Positions 1 to 10,100 of a stretch of 64,000 nt of DNA are shown here, one piece after another. Below the pieces are notes generated by a model. That model was given only the letters and a program-made list of their open reading frames with translations, was not told the DNA's origin and ran no database searches. The position numbers and the translations under genes were made by a program. Within the stretch, counting starts at the first letter, position 1. Each line of letters begins with the position of its first letter. The stretch is from the IMG/VR virus record IMGVR_UViG_3300049043_000112, positions 172,017-236,016 of that record; one strand, given 5' to 3'.

Positions 1-1145
1 CTGCCTGCAGCATAACCACCAAAGAAATTATGACTTCCTGTAGTATTAAAACGTCCTGCATAAAAACCAAAGAAATTATTACAACTTCCCGTGGTATTTT
101 CTTGTCCAGCACGACCACCAATAAAGTTATTAAAACCTCCTGTAGTATTACAACATCCAGCATTAACACCAAAGAAATTATTATAGCAACCAGTAGTGTT
201 AAACCTTCCTGCACTAAGACCAAAGAAGTTATTAAAAAATCCAGTAGTATTACACCATCCAGCACCACATCCAAAGAAATTATTATGACATCCAAAAGTA
301 TTAGAATATCCAGCACATTGCCCTATGAAGTTGTTGTTGGAACCGGTGGTGTTATAATATCCCGTAAGTTCTCCAAAAAAGTTATTGTCTGTACCAATAG
401 TATTAAAATATCCAGCACATTTTCCTATAAAGTTGTTATCGTTTCCTGTGGTGTTGCAACGACCTGCATTAAATCCTAAGAAGTTGTTAAAAGACCCTGT
501 AGTATTTTCACGTCCTGCAGTATTTCCTAAAAAGTTATTATGACATCCTCCAGTATTGCACTGTCCAGCATTTAAACCAATAAAATTATTTCTAGAACCA
601 GAAACATTATTTTGTCCAGCATAAGCACCAATAAAGTTATTAAATATTCCTATTGTATTGCAACGTCCAGCATAAGCACCAATAAAGTTATTAAAACAAC
701 CAGTTGTAACATTTGCACCGGTGAAACTATTACCAATGCTGATATTCGTGTCATTAAACCCAATGGTTCCACCGACTTGTAACTTAACCAGTGGATTTGT
801 GGTTCCTATACCGACAGAACCAGAAACATAAGCACCACCAACAACCTGTAAGTCTTGATTGGCAGTATTAGTACTTGAACCCGTACCAATCAATACAGGT
901 CCATTCACGAATGTACCTACACCAGTAACTTGTAGGTCTGCAAAAGTATTAGGACCAACTGATATAACACTCTCTATGGTCGCTGCAGTAACGGCATCAA
1001 GAGAAGCAATGTTTTGAAGTTCTCTGGCACCTGAAACAACTTGTGTCGAACCAACACTTAACGCAGAGATTGTGGTAACACCTGATAAAGAAATACCAGT
1101 TGCTATACCAAGACTTGTAATCTGAGTGAGACCTTCAAGTGCCAT
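1..1145 (-). CDS. Gly/Asn/Cys-rich 14-aa-repeat fibre protein, paralog A (3' end outside window)
   Basis: Manual translation from ATG at 1145 (MALEGLTQITSLGIATG...) is open to the window edge. Repeats NNFFGxxAGxxNTTGxx; N-terminus resembles the 6862 gene. Missing from the ORF track because it has no stop. Confidence 0.85.
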   Translation of the reverse strand, partial: MALEGLTQITSLGIATGISLSGVTTISALSVGSTQVVSGARELQNIASLDAVTAATIESVISVGPNTFADLQVTGVGTFVNGPVLIGTGSSTNTANQDLQVVGGAYVSGSVGIGTTNPLVKLQVGGTIGFNDTNISIGNSFTGANVTTGCFNNFIGAYAGRCNTIGIFNNFIGAYAGQNNVSGSRNNFIGLNAGQCNTGGCHNNFLGNTAGRENTTGSFNNFLGFNAGRCNTTGNDNNFIGKCAGYFNTIGTDNNFFGELTGYYNTTGSNNNFIGQCAGYSNTFGCHNNFFGCGAGWCNTTGFFNNFFGLSAGRFNTTGCYNNFFGVNAGCCNTTGGFNNFIGGRAGQENTTGSCNNFFGFYAGRFNTTGSHNFFGGYAAG

Positions 1146-1159
1146 TTTTGTTTTTTAAG

Positions 1160-1167
1160 TATTTATA
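1160..1167 (-). promoter_or_regulatory. T4-type late promoter TATAAATA
   Basis: Exact TATAAATA 15 nt upstream of the 1145 ATG. Confidence 0.75.
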
Positions 1168-1178
1168 GACGTGTTCTT

Positions 1179-4100
1179 TCAGTTTATTTTATTTTCTAAA
1201 GCTTCAATTCTGCTTCTTAAGTCTTGGTTTTCTTGTTTGACTTCTGTGAGTTCAGTGTCGAGTTCTTTGATTGCATTAATCAAGTACCAAGTTAGATTAG
1301 AAGTATCAACACTATAAACACCAGTGCTTTCTTGCTTAACAATTTCTGGTAATACTTCTAGTGCCTCTTGAGCGATTAGACCAATTTGTACTCCTTCTTT
1401 GTTGATTGCAGTGTGCTCTGGAAGTTCAGTAATTTCTTCTGGTTTTCTATATTCGAAATTACGAACTCGGAATGCATTAATGATTTCTAAACCAACAGTG
1501 TTATCTACAATGTTCTTTTTAATTCTTTCATCTGATGTAGTAGACCAAGTGGAACTATTATTACCTTGATAAATTCCACCACCACCAGCATTGATAAAAC
1601 CGGTTTGTGATCCCTTGCCCACTATCCAAGCGCCATTATGAGCAGCGATAACCATTTCACAATTCACACCTGTACCCGAAGCACAAGATGCATAACCTAT
1701 AAAAGTATTACCCTGTCCTGTTGAGGCAACCTGACCTGCTTGAAATCCTAAGAAAGTATTTTGAGCTCCAGTGGTAAGGTTTTGACCCGCTTGAGCACCT
1801 AAAAAGACATTATTACTTCCAGCGGTAAGGGAATATCCAGCATTACATCCTAAAGCTGTATTGCAAGTTCCAACTGTATTGTAACGTCCCGCATTACATC
1901 CTAAAAAGACATTATGAGATCCACATGTGTTTGTAACTCCTGCTTCTCTACCAATAAAAACGTTATGAGTTCCAACAGTATTGCTAAATCCTGCAGCATA
2001 ACCAATAAAGACATTGCAAGTACCTGTAGTATTTCTTTCTCCAGCAGAAGTTCCAAAAAATATATTATAAGATCCAGTGGTATTACAACGTCCAGCATTC
2101 TGTCCCATAAAGGCGTTGTTAGATCCTGTGGTGTTGTTAAGTCCAGCAAGAAAACCGAAGAAAGTGTTGTGGTTTCCTGTGGTATTTGCACATCCTGCAC
2201 GACATCCAAAGAAGTTATTGCTGTTTCCAGTGGTGTTGCAAAGCCCTGCAAGATATCCAAAGAAATTGTTGTAACATCCAGTGGTATTATAACGTCCTGC
2301 CTGAGAACCCATAAAGACATTATAGGAACCATAACTATTGCATTGACCTGCTCTTCTTCCTATAAAAGTATTATGACTTCCAGTGGAATTAAAGCATCCT
2401 GCATAGAAACCAAAGAAGTTGTTGTTGCCTCCTGTAGTGTTAGATTGTCCTGCACTCTGTCCAATAAAGTTATTATTTGCACCAAAAGTATTAGCGTATC
2501 CAGCACATTGCCCTATGAAGTTGTTGTTGTTTCCTGTGGTGTTTGAGTATCCAGTATAACGACCGAAGAAATTATTATTAGACCCTGTGGTATTTAATTG
2601 TCCTGCACGTACTCCAAAGAAGTTATTGCAACCTCCTGTGGTCGTGAAATATCCAGCATATTTTCCAAAGTAATTATTATAAGCACCAGTGGTGTTAGCA
2701 AGACCAGCAGCTCTACCTAAGAAGTTATTATATGCACCAAAGGTATTGCATCTACCTGCACTACTTCCAATAAAGTTATTAAATGAACCAGTCGTATTAC
2801 ACCATCCTGTAAGAGGACCAATGAAATTATTATTATCACCAAAAGTATTAGCAAATCCAGAACATTGCCCTATGAAGGTGTTGTTGGACCCTGTGGTGTT
2901 TGAGTATCCAGTATTAAATCCAAAGAAGTTATTATTACTACCAAAAGTATTAGCGTATCCAGCAAAAACACCAATAAAATTATTACTATTTCCAGTAGTA
3001 TTGAGCCAACCTGTACCACGACCAAAGAAGGTATTATAAGAACCAGTGGTGTTACAGTATCCGGCAAAACATCCAAAAAAGTTATTAGCAATTCCAGTCA
3101 GATTATAACGACCTGCAGCATAACCTATAAATTGATTATATCTACCAAAACTATTTGTTGTTCCTGTTAAAGCTCCGATAAAAGTATTAAAACCTCCTGT
3201 AGTATTAGAACGTCCAGCAGCCCATCCTAAGAAAGTATTATAGTTTCCAAAAGTATTATTACATCCTGCCCTATCACCAATAAAAATATTTCCATTTCCA
3301 GTTGTATTTTTATACCCACCTAAACAACCAGCAAAGAAATTACACCCACCAAAAGTATTAAACTGACCGGCAGCGTATCCAATAAAAGTATTATGATTTC
3401 CAGTGGTGTTGCAATATCCACTAGTGTACCCAAAGAAGTTGTTATGACATCCTGTAGTATTATTAATTCCAGCAAGAGGACCAAAGAAGTTATTGCAATT
3501 TCCAGTAGTATTACATCTACCTGCGGAAGAACCAAAGAAATTATTGGAAGTCCCTGTAGTGTTACAATACCCAGCAAGAGGACCAAAGAAGTTATTGTTT
3601 CCACCAAAAGTATTAGAAAATCCAGCACATTGCCCTATAAAAATATTATCGCTTCCTGTTGTGTTTGAATATCCAGCATTAACACCAAAAAAGTTGTTAG
3701 TATATCCAGTAGTATTGCTATAACCTGCTTGATATCCAAAGAAGTTATTATTACTTCCCGATGTATTTGCAATTCCAGAAAAACGACCTAAGAAGTTATT
3801 ATAAGCACCAAAAGTATTAGAATATCCAGCACATTGCCCTATGAAGTTGTTGTTGTTTCCTGTGGTGTTACTTGCACCTGCTTGATATCCACCGAAGAAA
3901 TTAAAACTTCCAGTAGTATTACATACACCTGCAACACGACCAAAGAAGTTGTTATGACATCCAAAAGTATTAGCAAATCCAGCAGAAGAACCAATAAAAT
4001 TATTACAACCTCCAGTGGTGTTATTACATCCTGAACGTTCACCAATAAAAATATTGCAACAACCAAAAGTATTACAAAATCCAGAACATCTTCCTATAAA

Positions 4101-6862
4101 GACATTATCGTTTCCTGTAGTATTACTTCTACCAGAACTTATACCAAAGAAGTTATTATTTGACCCTGTAGTATTATAACGTCCTGCAGCAAGACCAAAG
4201 AAGTTATTATAATTTCCAGTGGTATTACAACGACCTGCAAAACGACCAATGAAGTTATTATAACCACCAAAAGTATTAGCAAATCCCGCACAGGTACCTA
4301 TAAATGTGTTGTAGTTTCCTGTAGTATTACAACGTCCTGCCTGGTTTCCAAAGAAATTATTGTTACAACCAGTTGTATTTTCTCTTCCAGCATTAACTCC
4401 TAAGAAATTATTAGAACTACCAGTAGTAGTTTTATAACCACCATAACGTCCAAAGAAGTTATTATAACACCCAGTGGTGCTAAAATACCCAGCAAATTGC
4501 CCTAAGAAATTATTACAAGAACCAAAAGTATTGCAATAACCAGCCCAGAACCAATAAAATTATTATTACTTCCTGTGGTATTATAACGTCCTGCACCAGA
4601 ACCAAAGAAGTTATTGTATCCTCCAAAAGTATTGCATAGTCCTGCAGATACTCCTATAAAGTTATTACGAACGCCTGTTGTATTGCAGAAACCAGCACGT
4701 AATCCTAAGAAATTATTATATTGTCCAAAAGTATTAGAAAATCCAGCACATTGCCCTATGAAGTTGTTGTTGTTTCCTGTGGTGTTGTTTCTACCAGCAG
4801 AAGAACCAAAGAAGTTATTGTTGCTTCCAGTGGTATTACAAAGTCCAGAATTAAGACCAAAGAAATTATTATATGAACCTGTAGTATTATACCTACCTGC
4901 ACTACGACCCATCAAATTATTAAAACATCCTGTAGTATTACGATATCCAGCAGAGCATCCTATAAAATTGTTACTACTACCAAAAGTGTTGATACATCCA
5001 GCACATTGCCCTATAAAAGTGTTGTAGTTTCCTGTGGTGTTGCAGAAACCTGCAAAGTATCCAAAGAAATTATTAGATTGTCCAAAAGTATTAAAATACC
5101 CAGCACATTGCCCTATGAAGGTGTTGTTGGACCCTGTGGTGTTTGAGTAACCACCAGCAAATCCAATAAAGTTATTATAATTACCAAAAGTATTTCTGTA
5201 TCCTGCAGATACACCTATAAAGTTATTAGCATTTCCAGTTGTATTTAATTGCCCTGCAAACGCTCCAAAGAAGTTGTTGTATTTTCCTGTCGTATTAGAA
5301 TATCCAGCACATTGCCCTATAAAAATATTATTGGTTCCTGTAGTATTTTGATTTCCTGCAGCACTTCCGATGAAATTATTATTACAACCAATAGTATTAA
5401 AACGTCCAGCACCTCTTCCTATAAAGTTGTTATTAGACCCTGTGGTGTTGTTTCTACCTGCATAGAAACCAAAGAAGTTATTATAGCAACCAGTAGTATT
5501 AGAACATCCAGCAAATATACCAAAGAAGTTGTTATAAGTACCAAAGGTATTAGAAAATCCAGCACATTGCCCTATGAAGGTGTTGTGGTTTCCTGTGGTG
5601 TTGCAAAATCCAGCACGTGATCCAAAGAAATTATTGCAACTTCCATAAACATTAGAAAAACCTGCATAACGACCTATAAAATTATTATCATTTCCAGTAG
5701 TATTTTGACATCCAGCACCACGCCCAAAGAAATTATTACCAAATCCAGTGGTATTAAGAACTCCTGTAGCAACACCAAAGAAGTTATTAAAACAACCTGT
5801 AGTATTACATAATCCTGAACTTTGTCCAAAAAAGTTATTATAAGAACCAAAAGTATTATTTGCTCCAGCATTGGAACCTATAAAGGTGTTGTGGTTTCCT
5901 GTGGTGTTACAACGACCTGCATTAAACCCGAAGAAGTTATTATTTCCACCAAAAGTATTAGAATATCCAGCACATCTTCCTATGAAGTTGTTGTTGTTTC
6001 CTGTGGTATTAAATCTTCCACTGTAAGCACCAAAGAAGTTATTATAAGAACCACTAATATTACATAAACCAGCAGTTGTACTTAAAAAGATATTTCCATT
6101 TCCAATGGAATTATTTTTCCCTGCGTTTAAACCTATAAAAATATTTCTAATTCCAATTGTATTATAATATCCAGCACAGGTTCCTATGAAGGTGTTATCA
6201 GTTCCTGTGGTGTTACAAAATCCTGCACTAAATCCAAAGAAGTTATTAAAACAACCAGAAGTATTAAAAGCACCAGCACTATTTCCTACAAAGAAATTAC
6301 TACATCCAAATGTATTACAAACTCCAGCGGTACGACCAATAAAAGTATTATTAGACCCAGTAGTATTTGCTTGTCCAGCACCACTTCCTATAAAGACATT
6401 ACGGGTTCCAGTGGTATTACATTGTCCAGCATTTTGTCCAATAAAAGTATTATAAACTCCAATTGTATTAGAATATCCAGCACATTGTCCTATAAAAATA
6501 TTATGATTACCAGTCGTTGTGGAACTACCAGCACCAACACCAGCAAAGAAGTTATTTTGCCCACCACTTAAACTACTTCCAGTTGTGGTATCACCAATTC
6601 TTATATTCGCTGTAGAACCAAAAGATACCTGAGTAAACGTAGAAACACCAGTGATATTCAGGTCTGCAAACGTGTTAGGACCAGTTGATATAGCACTTTC
6701 AATTGTTGCCGCTGTTGTAGCGTCTAGCGACGTAATGTTTTGAAGTTGTCTTGCAGAACTGATAACTTGTGTTGAACCAATGGATAAGGTTCTTACGCTT
6801 GTAATACCAACACTAAAATTATCGTCTTGTACGTTATCTCCGCTAATTCTAGTTAGTGGCAT
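1179..6862 (-). CDS. Giant 14-aa-repeat tail fibre (about 1,894 aa) with C-terminal peptidase S74 intramolecular chaperone; one-base frameshift at about 4545
   Basis: ORF 4502..6862 loses frame at GGT TCT GG[.] GCT. The shifted frame is stop-free from 4544 into ORF 1179..2312, which ends SDERIKKNI...GLIAQE...coiled coil (S74 signature). Confidence 0.85.
1690..6560 (-). repeat. In-frame 42-nt / 14-aa tandem repeat array (roughly 115 units)
   Basis: Consensus N-N-F-[FI]-G-x-x-A-G-x-x-N-T-[TF]-G seen throughout; unit count estimated from length. Confidence 0.9.
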
Positions 6863-6863
6863 A

Positions 6864-7190
6864 TCAGGTCATCTCCAGAATTGATAAACTTGCGTCTAAA
6901 CTTGAATTTGTATCACTAATTGCAGTAATGCTATCATTCGCTTCCATAATAATTTTGTTCCCCTGCATTACTTCTAATGAGGAACCTTGTGGAATTGGAA
7001 CATTCTTAACTAAACTTACACTATCAGAACTCGTTCTTGAAATTCCAACCGTGACATTAATACTTCCACCAGAAATATTTGCTAATGTCAGACCAATCAC
7101 TGTGGTCATAGTAGCAGATGGAACTGTATAAATTCCAACGGTCGTAACACCGATGTTTGTTTTTGTGCGTAGCTTGAAAACGTTCGCCAT
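6864..7190 (-). CDS. Small virion structural protein (paralog of 15029..15370)
   Basis: 108 aa, beta-rich, shares NVFK...GIYT[VA]P...AN pattern with the paralog; fibre-gene context. Confidence 0.7.
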   Translation of the reverse strand: MANVFKLRTKTNIGVTTVGIYTVPSATMTTVIGLTLANISGGSINVTVGISRTSSDSVSLVKNVPIPQGSSLEVMQGNKIIMEANDSITAISDTNSSLDASLSILEMT

Positions 7191-7197
7191 TTATAGT

Positions 7198-10100
7198 TTA
7201 TCCAAATGCTATTGAGAGACGTAGTGCTTCATCAAGAATATTAACTCCACCCACTTTAAGCGCGGTTGAACTATTTATATCACCCACCACATCCAGTTTA
7301 TAATTTGGTACTGAGGTTCCTATACCGACGCTGCGAGTTTGAGTATCAAATACAAACGGGTCAGTGGATGTTGAAATACCGATAATGGAGGTTGTAGCAC
7401 TTCCAACAAACGCAATACTCTGATAACGTGGATTGGTGACTGTGGAGATACTTAAGGCACCAGCGGCAGCAGAGAGTTGTGTGAAATCAACAACAACTGT
7501 GCTTCCGTATCCAGCGATTGTAATTCCACTTCCAACAATATTAATGTCAGTGAACCCAACACCAATTCTGCGGTTGATAACACCAGATTGTGGATTAACA
7601 CTTGTGGAACCAATACCAATTCCAGAAGTGAATAACTGACCACTTTGATACAATGCACCACTGAAGTTAATGTTTCCACCAACGTCTAAGGTGTATCCAG
7701 GAGCAGTGGAATTAATACCAACTCTTGGTCCGTTGGTTGTGGTAAGAATTGTTCCACCAACACCAACGTTTAGAAGTCCCGTTGTTGTAGCAGCACTGAC
7801 ACTGAGATTGGTTGCGTTCAGTGCTGCAATTGTTCCAACACCAGTGTAGTTAAGATAAGTTCCAGAAATATATGGAAGTGATGCAGTTCCACTGACTGTT
7901 AGATTATTCAGTGTTCCAACAGAAGTCAGTGAAGAGTTTGTTACACCAGTCCCAAGTGATGTTGAAGATAAGACATCTATACCATTAATCTTATAAGTCT
8001 TACCTGTCGGAATATTTAAATTTTCACTAGATTTTAGTGAATTATTAACATAATCATAAGTGAAAGTCTTACGAATATTCGTAGAACCAATTCCAATTCC
8101 AGCACCATCAAGAAGAACATTGCTTGCAACACTTGTAGCAATACCAACAATAAAGTCCCCAAGAGCAATGGCAGTTGAATTAACTACAACCTGACTACCA
8201 TCAACATAAAGGTCACCCTTAATTCGAACTGCTCCACTATTGTCTCCAATGGCAGCAGGGTCGATAACAATACTTGAAGGTCCAGTGATTGTATCAGTGG
8301 TAATATTAATTCCAGTACCAATTGCACCCGTTGAAAGGCGAGTTGCAGTTACAATTCCCGTTAAGTTTAGATTTGTAATTGAAGCTGCAGTGCTATTGAA
8401 GTTGGTGATTGTACCAACTCCAGTGTAGTTCAGATTAGTACCACTGATTGTTGTAACGACACCAGTTACAAGATTGCCTCTATTTGCGTTAAGAGTAGAA
8501 GCATCTATGTTCGTATAATTTGCAGTTGTACCAGTGATTGAAGTTACAACACCAGAAGTAATATAAGCATTATCAAAGTCTGCAAATGTATAAGTAAGAT
8601 TTGTACCGCTTAAAGTATCAACCGTACCAATACCAGTGTAATTTAAGAAAATACCTGTTGCACTGGTTATAATACCAGTAACGATATTTGCACGATTAAA
8701 GTTACCAGTTGCATATGTTAAATTAGTTCCACTGAGAGTTGTAATTGAACCAGTAGTGCTATTCAGTGTTGCAATTGTACCAACACCAGTATAGTTAAGG
8801 TTTGTACCAGTTAAGTTGGTTGCGACACCAGTAACAATGTTTGCAGTTCCAAAGTTTCCAGTACCATACGTTAAGTTAGTACCACTAAGAGTTGCAATTG
8901 TACCGATACCAGTGTAATTCAGTGTTGTACCAGTGATTGAAGTTACAACACCAGTGACTACATTTGCGGTCCCAAAATTACCAGTGGTATAGGTTGCACT
9001 TGTACCACTAATCGTTGAGATACTTCCAGTGGTACTATTAAGTGTTGTAATCGTACCAACACCAGTGTAGTTAAGATTTGTACCACTAATGGTCGTAACT
9101 ACACCAGCAACAACGTTTGCTGTACCAAAATTACCAGTGGTGTATGTGGCATTAGTACCAGAAATCGTGGTAACAACACCAGTTACAATATTGCCAGTTG
9201 TAAGATTGCCAGTACCATAAGTCAGATTAGTACCACTAAGTGTCGTAACAACACCTGTTACAATATTACCAGTTCCTAAGTTACCTGTGGTATAAGTTAA
9301 GTTGGTTCCACTGAGAGTTGTAATTGAACCCGTAGTACTGTTAAGCGTTGTAATTGTACCAACACCAGTATAATTTAAATTACTACCTGAAATCGTGGTA
9401 ACAACGCCAGTAACGATATTACCAGTTGTAATGTTTGCAGTTCCAAGATTACCTGTGGTATAAGTAAGATTAGTACCACTAATTGTTGTGACGACACCAG
9501 TAACGATATTACCAGTTGTAAGATTACCAGTACCATAAGTCAGATTAGTACCACTAAGTGTCGTAACAACACCTGTAACTACATTAGCAGTGCCTAAGTT
9601 ACCTGTAGTATAGGTAAGATTAGTACCACTTAAAGTTACGATACTACCTGTAGTGCTATTCAGTGTTGCAATCGTACCAATACCACTATAAGTTAAGTTA
9701 GTACCACTAAGTGTCGTAACTACACCAGTAACAATATTACCAGTAGTAATATTTGCAGTTCCTAAGTTACCAGTCGTATAAGTTAAGTCAGTACCTGAAA
9801 TCGTGGTAACAACACCAGTAACGATATTTCCAGTTGTGAAGTTACCGTTACCATACGTTAAGTTAGTGCCACTAAGAGTAGTAACAACACCAGTTACAAT
9901 ATTTCCTGTAGCAGCATTGAGTGTTGTAAGAGTTCCTGTTGTACCAGTTAGATTGGTAATTGTACCAACACCAGTGTAATTCAGATAAGTACCACTGATA
10001 TTGGTAACAATACCAGTTACAACATTTGCATTTGTAATGTTTGCAGTTGTAATAATAGCAGTTGGTGCCGTGATAATACCAGAAGCATTGATATTTCTAA

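Noticed and set aside
4544-4546. Programmed ribosomal frameshift giving short and long fibres
   Set aside because: No slippery heptamer or stimulatory structure; it matches the many other single-base errors
1690-6560. Regular 42-nt periodic repeats resembling a CRISPR array
   Set aside because: Units are degenerate in-frame codon repeats with no constant repeat/unique spacer alternation, and no cas genes are present
30-6571. Many plus-strand and off-frame ORFs (Ser/Ile/Thr/Lys-rich or PVVL-rich)
   Set aside because: They are antisense or frame shadows of the 42-nt coding repeats and have no independent signals
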